Source: Candidatus Omnitrophota bacterium
GTDB lineage: Bacteria > Omnitrophota > Gorgyraeia > 2-01-FULL-45-10
NCBI GenBank assembly: GCA_041663425.1
Contig: JBAYMS010000003.1
Span: 1,959 to 65,958, forward strand
DNA length: 64,000 nt
Reading direction: 5' to 3'
Positions 19,501 to 31,500 of the stretch are shown piece after piece. The notes under the pieces were generated by a model. It was not told the origin of the DNA. It did not search any database and worked only from the letters and a program-made list of their open reading frames with translations. Numbering within the stretch: the first letter of the stretch is position 1; each line of letters opens with the position of its first letter. The position numbers and the translations under genes were made by a program.

Positions 19501-22500
19501 TAAGGATCTTTTATTTTCTTTGTCAACTCACGGTCTTCCGCACCAAACACGTGCCATTGCAGCGCCCTAAGAAGATAGTGTTCTTCCACGTGCTTATCCG
19601 GATTCGATCCGGCTTTTAACATCATTATCTCAAGTTCATCCGGGGCTGTTTCCTTAAGATAATTTTTTATAGCTAAAACAAGCCCGGGATTCAGCATAAT
19701 AGCTGAATGGGCTATCTCGTGGAATAGGGCTACAGGATTGTCAGATATTGTTTTTGAAATGACTATAAGATCTGGCGTAGCAAACGAAATGACCGGATCG
19801 CCGGGATGAGAAAGCAGTATAACGTTTCCTTTAAAAGATTTAAGATACGTATCTATAATGGCATTCGCGACAGGATTGTTGTGTTTTTTAATGTCATCTA
19901 AAATGGTTTTTATATTCCTTGGCGGAGCACGACCGACAAAATCTGCCTTACTCAGATCTATAACATTACCCGTCTCCCTATCCTTTAATAAACCTGTCAG
20001 CCTATTTTCGGGTGCATTGTATTGCGGGACAGCACCTTCCACTGGATCGTACTTTCCTATCATACCTACCTGTGAACCCTCAATTATCGTGCCTTTGCCA
20101 TCATGGAAAAACTGACATTGCGGATATGCCTCGGCCTTTTCAAAAATAGCCCGCTCATGCTTTGCCCAGGCGGATACTTCTCTATCGCGCGCATTAATAA
20201 AAGTATTTGCGCTCATTATGTCTATGGCCGCGCCCATAGCGAGTCCTTCTTTCCTGGCTTTAGCTCTGCCGATGAGGACATTTCTGCGCTTCCAACCTTC
20301 TTTACGTGCAAGAAAGCCCACGTCTCCCATATCATTAGACCTGACCCATGACCTTACAACGGCCTTCCACTGAGATCCGATAGATGAGTCAACTGTCTTG
20401 ACGCTGAAAAGACCGTTGTTCAATTCTTCTTCTTCGAGGAAATGATCACCCAGTCTTAGTATATTGCGCACTCTTCTGGCATTTGCCCCAATGGGCCTTC
20501 TGATGAATTCTATTATCGCGCTTCTGTTCTTTTCAAGATCCTGCCCCTTATATAGATCCGCAAGTCGTATACTAACCATATCTTTTCCACTGAATTCCTG
20601 CTTATCAAAATTTGGGGTTATGAGCGCTGCGCGCAGCAAACCCGCCATCTCCTCGCGCCGCTCGGTGGAAATCCCTTCATCCCTTCCTTCTTCCACAGCC
20701 ATCAAATAGGCATGAAGTTTTGAATATTCTAAAAGAGTGTCAGAGACTAAGTCTACCTGTTTTGAATATGGCGTTACAACAGCTATATCGTCAGGGGCAA
20801 GATTGCGCTCATTCAAAAGCCAATTGACCCATGTAACCACCCTGCTGACTTCACCTATATTAACTATTCCTCTGTCAGCAGTATCTTTTCTGGCCCTTTC
20901 CGAAGAGACAATTTTTTCCTGATATATCCTTTTGTCCGTCAAACCTTGCCCATCACTGATCGCATAATGATCCCTTACCAATGTCCCGGTCTCTTCACGA
21001 CCGGCTTTCAGCCTACCATTGTAAAAATAGTTCTCTTCGTCTACTACTAAAGTACCCGACCGGCGCTGTATGTCAAGGAAACGGAAGCTGGGCCTTGTCA
21101 CTTTGAATACCGTATTATCGTAAAGATCCAGGGATTTTTCGAGAAGTGAAATTTTAAACCTTTCCACCACATCCGTCTCAAACACTTCGGCTAACGGCCT
21201 GTTCTCCCCGACTTCACTCCATCCTACGATCTCGCTCTGTCCGCTTAAGTCACGCAGTGCGGCTGCAATATCTTCTTTGCTGATACCATATGCCGGCAGC
21301 TGATCCTGGTCGCCTACGAATATGGCTTTTTTAACATCGCTGAGATTGGTAAACATCCAAAGCGCCCATAAAGACTCCGGAACCGTCGCCCTGCTAGACT
21401 CATCCACTATAACATAGTCCGTCTTCATGAGCTCCTGTCTATCTCTTACATCACGATCTCCGAAAAATCCATTTACAGTTCCGCAGACAAGATTAGGTGC
21501 TTTTTTCTGTATAATATTATCCAGAGCGGCAGCCTTATTCTCCCAGTCACCTAATATCTGAGGATCTACGGCATCCTCATTATTACCCACTCTGGCAAAA
21601 GGGATCTGTTTCACTCCTGACCGCTCCTGTTCACTGAACAGCCCATCTATATCCTTTAGCACCTTTAAAATGTTATCCAATGCGTCATTCTGCTGGGACA
21701 ATAACCTTAGCCTTTTCTTCTGGTTTTCGACTATCAGTTTTGCAAGAAGCGTTATGACCATGGTCTTTCCTGTGCCGCCCGGGCCCTGTATGAGCGTGAT
21801 GGGAATTTCCTCGCATAAACCGTCTATCAAGGCCTCTTTCTGTTCGGAATCAAGAGGATACTTAAGCATTCTTTCCAGCGGTTCTATAAGATCGCGCTCT
21901 ATGGCATTTCTTTTTTCAGCTATGGAGGATGCTCTGGCTTTATCAGGCACATCGATCAAAATCCCGAGAGATCTGTCTGCAATAGGCCGGCCTGTTGTAG
22001 CTAAACCGAAGGATTCGCCTTCACCTATAGACTGCTTCGTTGAGACTTTCAATCTTCCTATAATAGCAGCGAGCATTTCGCACTGTCTCTGCCAGACATT
22101 ATCCTTTACCATGACCAGTTTGCCGCCTTCGTTCAGCGCGTAGGACCACTGCATAAGCAGCTGATCATAACCTGCCCTTACCTTAGGCTGCTCAAATTTA
22201 ATGGTATCCTCTCCTACATAACGCACTCTAAAAAACGGCTGCAGCTCTTTCTGGTTTGATTTAGCAGGGCGGACTTTAAATGAATCGCCGCGCCTTACAA
22301 AATTTGCAATATCTATTTTTTGACCTGTCGTAGGATGTTTAAAGCCGGATACGTAAAGGAAGCCATTTCTCACACTAACCTGTTCAAATACGAATTCCGC
22401 GGCAGCGTCCTGGGATATGTGCATACCCTGCCTCGTCTTCTTATCCCTCTCGGCCTCCGACAGCATCATTGCCTTAGCGATAAAATAATCGTCCATAAGT

Positions 22501-25500
22501 TCCGGCAGCCATATATTCGCCGCAGCCTGTGAAATTATTTTCTGAGCTTTTTCAAGATGCGCTTTTGCCGGAGAGAAATCTCCGAGTTCAAATATCGCGC
22601 GCGCCATATCAAGAGCTGCCTTATAAGCTTTTTCTCTGGCGGCCTTCTCCTTTTTGTCGATCTTACCGGCCTTATTAAATTCATCAATAGCTTTTTGGGT
22701 AAGCAATTCAAAAACGGCCGTCTTGTCCGCTTCTTCCGGATACTGCAGAAGGAGCCTTGATTCCTTCAGCACCGTTTCAACATCCTGTGCATCCCTGATA
22801 TTTTTTGTATGTTCAGCTATATTATCCCTACACTCCTCTATCCTCTGGATCAGCCTCGTAAGAGCGGGGCTATTTTCGTCTATCTGCACGCCAAGGACAG
22901 GCTTAACCCTGCATATATTAGCCACTATAGCAGAAGCTTCTCCATATCTGCGTTCGGCGATTTTCGACTGTGCTTCCGCCAGCAGTCCCTGAACCTTTAA
23001 AAGACGCTCTTCTGCAATTTTCTGCTTCCGCTCTTCCATTATGCTGCCCAAAGCGCTTAAGGCTTCGTCTATATTCCTTCCATCTATAGAAGGATCGCGA
23101 AGGGCTTCGCCCGCATAGATACACCAGCCGGCATCCTCTCCGGCAATTTTAGCTGCACGATCCCCTTGGTTCCTACCCAGAAGTGCCTGTGCGGTAACGG
23201 AAGCTCCTTCGAAATTACTGTCTTTATATTGTTTTTCAAATTTCTCCCATTGCGCAACAGCAGCCAGTATTTCATCTCTTAATGGACCGAGAATACTTGC
23301 AGCATCAGCTCTGGTATTCATAAGTTCCGCGGCATTTTTATACAACGCCGATTTATATAACGAGTCTACGGTAGACTTATACGCATCCGCGCTAAGTTCT
23401 TTTTTTATAGACGAAAGAAAAACACGCATCTTATCTTTTAATTCGCCTTTTACTTTTTCCGAATGGGATAGATCTGACAACGCTATATATACTTTATTCC
23501 CTTTTTCATTCAATCCTATTTCGGCAGCAAATTCGGCTATGCGCATCACCCTAGCGACATCTTCCTTATTATCTATTTTTATCTCTCCACTGGCTATTTT
23601 TTCTAAGTACCCTATTATTCTGGAGAAATCTAAAGAACCGGAAAGCACGGACAAAATATTGCATATGATATGCATTGAATCCTGCGACAAGGGCTCATCG
23701 GACTCATTCAGGAGAAGATCCGTCAGCATATCTACTATTTTCTGGGCCCACTCGTCTGGCAGTAATTTTATGAGCATCGGATAAGAAAATCTGCTCGAAC
23801 CATCCGCCCTTCTGCTGTTTACTACGTTCCTTCTATTGCCATATTCTTTCCCTTCAAAGGCTATCGCATCCTTCAAACATTTTTCTGCTGCCCGAACGTC
23901 CCCTTTCGCATTAAAAGCAATCGCGCCCACTACGTTCATCTGAAAAGCCGTTTCATATCCTTCGTTTTTAAGCGCCATATCCACAGATTCGTTAAGCACT
24001 TCTACGGCATCATCATTGCGGCCTGCAAAAACATCCATAAGCATATGCTGCAAAGTAATATTTTCGCGCCTTTTTTCGGAAACAACTTTATTTATAAACC
24101 CTCCGGATATTTTAGACATAGCCTCGGCCTCACTAAACCTGCCCTCACTTTTATACATATGTGCCAGATTCTGGAGTAAAAGCATATTAAGTAAATTTAC
24201 TTCGTCGTTTTCGGTAGGATAATATTGCTGATTGACGGCAATGACTTCTGCTAATTTTTTAAAGTTATCCCGGTCTTCCAGAATATAAGCCCAAAACGCC
24301 ATGGGGACGCTCTCTGACATCATATTATTTTCTACTATAGGGGGGGTGTAAACAGTTACTGCATTTCTGATAGCTGCATAAATATCAGGATTATGAATAG
24401 CCGCAACGAATGCCGCATTTATATCTATTCTGGATATAGCGTCAAGAACATCCCTTGCCGGCGACACAACCGTTCCGTCTTCCTCAGTCCAGCCATGGTT
24501 TTTTACCATTTTACTTATATTGTCCGACCACACACCCCAGATGTAATCAGCTTTCTCAATATCGGCTTTCTCTCCTAAATACTGGAGAGCCATAGCATAG
24601 CTAGTCAATACATAAAGATCGTCGGCTGAAATCCTTACAACCCCCTTACTTCTTGCAAAATCACGTAAAAAAGAAGTCCGCTCAAAGAACTTAACTGCCC
24701 GCCTATACATACCGGCATTAGAGGCGATTCTACCCAGCCTAGTATATAGTCTGTTAGCAATTCTAATAAGCTTTGAGTCGGTGGCCTTATCCAAAGTATC
24801 AAAGAAAGAACGAAATTCTGCGCGGCTCTTTTTATCTCTCTGTTTTGCAGTTTTTTGAACCTCATAGTTATTATTTATATATTCGAACATCGCTTCCAGC
24901 CTATTTTCAAACTCACGCTTTTTGGGCATATCCCATGAAATTATCTTGAAATGCTCCAGCACTACATCTAACAAATGGTCATGCTTTAGAGGCGTAAGAC
25001 CTATTATCCCGGAAGCTTTGACAATCCTTTGACCCGATTCATCCTGAAGGCATAACACTGAGACAGGGTCATCATTTTTTTCGGTAAAATACCTGCTGAA
25101 AATATCGGAGTATTCTTTCGCTATTAAAGCATAAGTCTCTTTTAAGCCGCGCCCACAGAAGTTGGATATTACAAAAACATTATCTAATTTCTTATCCGCA
25201 AGAGGATCAGCCGCAAGCTCTTTCCTTAAAAATTCATTTAAAGAGTTTGATAGCGGGATATTGCCGTAATGCTGTATGAGAGATTTTACCCAAAGCATTG
25301 CATCGCTACCGTCTCTCTCATTAAAAGCCGCTGCTATAACCTTAATCTTGGATAATATCTCCGGAGTAAGCTCCCTCTCTCTAAGTTTGTCATCCAGCAT
25401 TTTACGCATTCCTCTGGAAGGGTCGGATTTAAATTGCAGCCTGAAATTTATCATTGCAGCAAACGCATCGTCAGGGACAGCTCCCCAGCCATCTATGTCA

Positions 25501-28500
25501 CTTATTGTGTTATCAGCCTTATCCATAAGCAATTTACGCTGCTCGTTGGACAACCCCATGAAAATATCAAATGGTAATATAACACCTCCGGAAAGAAAAT
25601 AATTTTTATCATGTGTATGCATCCTTTTAAATAAATTTATAGCGGCAGCATCAGCTGCATCGGCCTTGCCAAGATGCGAAAGGATGTCTATATAGTATGG
25701 CAAAGCGCGTATGATCTGTTCGTCACTGCCTTTATCAAGAACAGCCGCACATCTTTTTTCCAGCGCTTCACTGAAATTACCTTTATTGCATTCCAGAGAA
25801 ATGCGGAACATCTCGCGTTCGGCATCCTGCTCTGCTGACGGCATCATCTTTGTATCGGACATTGCGATCTCCGCTTCCTCAAAAGTCTCCGACACCATCT
25901 TAAAAAGTTCGGCAGCGCGTGCATCATCTTTACCGCGTAATGAACAGGCTAATTTGATTGCGGCATTACAATACAAAGTGTCAATACGGCCATTGGCGGG
26001 ATAGTCAGCTCTCAATCTTTCCAGAAGGTCAAATGCCTTTGACACGTTTTTATCATCACCCATCATAAGGTCTGCCTCAGCGCATCTTTTAAGCATTTCC
26101 AGCTTGGTATAATTTCTCATACTATCATTTATCATATTTTTAGCGCACATCTCATCTGCGATCGCTACATATTTAGCGGCTATCTTTTTTATCTTGTCGG
26201 GGATGTCTTCTTCTGCGAATAAATATTGTCTGACGTAGATCTTCAGTAAAGCTTGGGCGGAATAAATACTTTCTACCGGGGGCGGCCCTTCCCTGTAGAC
26301 TATAAATTCCAGGATGATCCTGGAAGTCTCCCAGTCTCCCAACATATCTGACGCCATAGCCAATACTGCCAGCCATCCGGTCTTGGGAGATGGTTCCGAA
26401 ATTTTTAACAACAGATATTCATAGGCTAATTTAGCTAACTTCTCATAGTTCTTTTGTTCGACATACACATCTTTCATAGCCGCATAAATCTCCTCCAAAT
26501 CAGCCTTCATCTCACCGGTTCTTTTGCAAAATTCCAAAGCCTTAAGACCATACTCTTCTGCTTTCGCCAACAATATGCCAACTATTTCCGGCATCGTTCC
26601 TTTTTTAGCAATATTTAGAAGAATGCTCGGAAATAATACATAAAAAGCATCGCCTTTCCCCTGCTTACCCTCCAAGGCGTTGCCTTTTTTTGCCATTTGG
26701 CTAACTGCATAATCAAGCAATTCCTCAACCATTACCACTCTGCCTTCAGCCACAACACGGCGTAACATCACGGCAACTTCTTCTTCGAGTTCCGCCTGCC
26801 TCTGTGGTTTTATAGCATCATTGGCAATATCTGCAAAAAGTTTTGAAACAATCCGGTCCGCCTCCTGTTTGTCAGAGGCAGGCAATCCCCTACCACCACC
26901 TAAAGCAGCATATAGTAATATTTTTTTATTCTTAATGACATTTATCACGGCTACGATAACATTTACGCCTAGGTGCACAGCCATCGACACGAGGACTGCG
27001 AGATGATAATTTGACGAGAAGTAGCTTGCTGCAATTATTCCTGCAACACTTACTATGAATGGAGCGGTAAATACCCTGAAGATATAAGAACTGTAGTCTT
27101 TCGTTATTTCTGATATAGCTCTGCCTTTTATCGGAGGAGCGCGCTCATTAAATATGTGCAGTATGGTAAATATAGCCGCGGAGATTGAAAGCGCTGCAAA
27201 AGAATATCCTCCAGTAAACGCCATAGGCAGCCACACTTTAGCAGCTTCCTCAAATACAGGCGCATGAGCAAATGGTGAGTATCCCGAGCCGAATATGCCT
27301 GTAAGAGATCCGTATCTCGCTTTTACAGCATCCTTTGGAATAGTTAGTTCGGCTACAGGTACGAAACCAGCTTCCGGCGCCTTAGCCCTTGATGCAAAAC
27401 CGTTTTCAAACCCTTTTTGCCAATGAGCCATTAAATTTTCCACGGTAAGCCTTTTGCCAGCCTGCTCTATAAAATAGTTTTGAATATCTATGCTTGCATC
27501 CTGAATGTCCTCTTCTTCATTCCTCTCGATAAGTTTAGGAATGTAAGTCTTTGCAAGTTCTTCCGCCTCCTTCTGTGTATTCATAGTCACGAATCCGCCC
27601 AGATCAAAGAAGCAAACCTTTATGCGTTTATTTTTTTCCTGCGCCGATGGATCCAAACTAACCCCTGCATTAACAAGAAGCACGTCATGATTAAATATCC
27701 CGGCTTCCCACATGTCTTCAAGTGCTCTGAAATAATCATCAATAATAGTCTTTGCTGTTTCGACGTCTTCGCTACTGCCTTTAGAAAGAGTTTCCAGTAT
27801 ACCGTTTTCTACAAAACGTGACCCCACCTTCATATACTCCGCATCAAGCCCTACTATAGGCACTATTTCATCTTCTACATACACAGTACTCGGCGGCGAC
27901 CATATCATACGGTCACGGAAACGCGCGGGAACTTTCGGCCTTATATCGTCGATGACACGATTGGGTAAAGTCACTCCTTCAAGCTTGGTTGTAGGTACAA
28001 ACCTCGTCCCGAGATTATTAATAGCCGTCTGCGCACTAACCAGGCTCAGCTGTGCAACCGGGACATGAACTATAAATCCTCTGCAGTGATAAACATAACA
28101 AGGCGTTTCATCATTCGACCGTGGCCTGCTGATAAGCTCCCAGTCATTGTTTGCGAGTTCTTTATGTAAATCGGCTTTGACAGGTTGGCCTTCCCCAGTC
28201 ACACCTGCCATACCCACCGGGAAATGGGTGCTGGTTTTTTTCGAAAGCCACTGAGAGATTTTAACATTATAGAATGCATGGCCTAGAATGCCTGAAAATA
28301 CGGAGAGAGTCGTAGCAGGATAAACCGGCAGGAATAAAAATGGCACAATATTTATAACCCGCAAAGCTGCGCCTAGCAATGTTATTATATTTATCATATC
28401 CGGATGTGATGGTGAATACACAGGTCTGCCATCCTCTGTAATTATATAAACACCACGCCAATGCGCTGCCTGAAACAGAAAGATGCTTAGCAGGGCACCG

Positions 28501-31500
28501 AAAATAATACCCGTGGAGGTCCCAAAGCCTGTGCAGTCTGCCAGAAAAGCACCCGCGCCCACAAGAGCGCTGAAGAATAATTCTTCGAAACCGGCGAGGC
28601 CGGAGATCGCCCTGTATGACCATCCACGATCGTGCAGATAGTGAACAAGCCCGTCTCCTTCCACTGCGCCTCTCCATATAAAAGGCGTCATTCCTTCAGG
28701 AGCTATCGGCCCGCCCCCTTCCGGTTGCAGCTGTTCTGCTAATAACATTTTAGCCCATATTCTTCCGAGCAGTTCTACATATTCATCATCATTTATCGGG
28801 CCCACACTTTTCATGACGGAGGCAACTATATTGCTGACATCCCTTTGGATCCCTCTGGTATATTCATCTGCTATGCCCGGCCTTTTTTCTGCAGATATAA
28901 TATACGAAATGTCATCCGCGCCCATTTTATCTCCACGTATTCTATCAACTATTTTATCTATGACGGCTTCCTCTACGTTTACGGCAAGAACACTTAAAGG
29001 CTCACCAGGAAGAGCTGCTACGGATTTTTCTATCTGTCCAAGCAAACTTTCTATATCTTTTGACATCTGCACATCTTCCTGCGTAACTTTACCGCCCTGC
29101 GCTATGCAAAACTCTTTATTAAGGCCATCCAGCTTCACCCACAATTTCTTAGCATCTTTTTCGGAAATAGGAGAGTTTGCTATTATGAAATTTAAATCCT
29201 TAAAAAGCGATTTTATTACAGCCCGCGCTTCAGCACTCTTATCCACTCTGCGTCTTGAGATTAAAGAATCGCCCATAGCCACCTTAATATCAAAACCACT
29301 GACAAGCACTCCGGCGGTCTCAACAGCATTTTTTGGAGCCCCCCTTTCTCTCCTTTTAGCCCATGAGAATATACCTAAAATGCCGACGCTATACAGGAAA
29401 TTAAGCATAACTATTCTTATGCGCTCCGAGAATGTCCGCTTAACCGGCCTAACCTCTTTTTTTTGCTTTTCTGCAGGCGCGGGTACACCAGGCTTTTTTA
29501 TTTCCTCAGGCACTTTAATATCAGGAATATCCACGTCTACGGGCATCTGTGCTTTTTTCAGATCCGAAGGAGCTGTCACCGGCACTTGCCCCATACCTAT
29601 TTTTATCTTTCTAAGATACCAAGGCGTGCTGGTCGCCAGTGCCATACCAGCTTCTGCCGCAAGCATACCACCCATAAGAACGGCTATCATAAACCCTTTG
29701 ATTACGGGATTTATCCCGGCCGCAGGCGCGGCGGCTTTAGCAGTCTCTGGCACAACTTCTGCAGGCGCTAAATTTGAAGGAATAGTTGATGGTTGTTCTG
29801 ATACTACAGGAGCCTGAGGGATCACTGTCTCTGAAGTCTTTTCTACCGTTCCATGTATATTTGTTTTCGACCAGGATTCTGCCAGGAACGCTTCTACGCG
29901 CGCGCCGCCGCTACGGAATTTTGTTATCATTGCATCGCGCAAAGTTAAAAATTCATTCTTTCTGTTTTCAAAATCAGGCATTCTGTGAGCAGGGTTACTT
30001 TCGATCTGGGCAACCGGGTTATATTCACCCACTCGCAAGAAAGATTTTTGGAATGAAGTCGTCGGCATTGTGGAAATAATATGATAGCCGGCATATTCAG
30101 GACGGTTGAGCAAAAATTTCATAAGAGCCCTTCCTCTACCGCCTGCGTTTTCGAGATTGGGGAACGGGAAGAACTGGGTAAAAACGATGGTTTTATATTC
30201 CGTTATCGGATAGAAGTGAACCCGCACTTCATTTATCTGGATACCGTCTTTAAAAACTTTCAAATTCTTAAAAGATGCTCCGGCTTCGTTGTCAAACACA
30301 TCCTCGACAGTAAACTGATAACCCTCATTAATAAGATCATCTATGGTTAAGTCGCGCTTTTGCGGCAAAGGCTGGCTTGGCACCGGGACAATCTCTTCCG
30401 TCTTTTCCATCCCGGCCATTCTTCTGTTCACTTCTTCTCTTATGCTCTCTTTTAAATCACCTTCTATCCTTAAGATACGGCAGACAGTATCAAAGTCTTT
30501 ACCAGATGCTGCCATCCTGCTAGCAACGTCATCTACCAAGTCCTTAGTTTCTTTAAGCGATGATTGATACCGTGGTGCGGTGATTATTGATGCTTCAGCC
30601 CGGACAGCTTCCGCGAAGGCTTCAGGAGAAGGAGCGTCGCCCTGTGCAAAATTGGCAGTGGGAGCAATGTGCTGGTCGCCAATAGTGCCTTCATGTATCA
30701 CCGTGCTTTCATTTTGCGAGATCTGAATGGGTGATGTTTTTGTGGCCGGATGATGAGGTTTTATTATGCCTTTTTTAACAAGCTCATCATAGCTATCCTT
30801 ATAGCTTTCTATCCAGAGTTCCGCGATATTCCTTACGTTCTTACCCTGGCTTTTCGCCTGTTTTAAGTTTGTAACAATTATATCTTTTATAAAAGCTTCG
30901 ACCTTACCGGGATCCTGTATCGAATCCTTGAGATAGTCTTCTGTAAGCAGCTGATACTTGCCTGATTCCAGCTGTTCTTCGTAGTTCTCTTTCTTGTTGG
31001 TAAGTATGGCTACATATGGCCTCTCACCTTTGGATGCGTCAAACTTGGGGAGAATGACAAGGTATGAGGTGTCTTTGGCTTTGAGCAGATCGGATATGCC
31101 TCTTGTGTGATAACCGCCTGTGATAAGGGCGGCTACCGTCTGGCCTTCTTTGGTCATACGGCTTATAGTGTTGCTCAGTATAGTGTGATTACGTTTTTCA
31201 GCGGTGGTGTAGAAGCTTATGGCCGCAGGAATATTTGAGAAGATATTATTTAAATCGTAGCTGCCCTCTATGGGTATGTCATATTTTAAAGATTCTTCTT
31301 TGATGAAGCCTGATATGCATTCGGCATTACAGATAGCGATGTTCTTTTCCAGATACTCGAAGTCTGAATTGGTAAGCTTTAAGTCGAATATGTCGCGGAC
31401 GAAGCTTACGCACTTCAGTATGTCGTGCAGCTTCCTCTGGTCGGGGGAAGTGTAGAGTTTTTCTTTGATGGCGTCTTCTAAGTATTTGGCCTCTTCGAAT

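Noticed and set aside
28813-29817. Plus-strand ORFs of 60-334 aa scattered through the window (for example 28813-29817, 58078-58713, 42175-42762, 45751-46317, 60777-61343)
   Set aside because: All lie antisense to the giant minus-strand ORFs. Their translations are low-complexity S/L/A/F-rich strings typical of shadow frames, and none has a start context.
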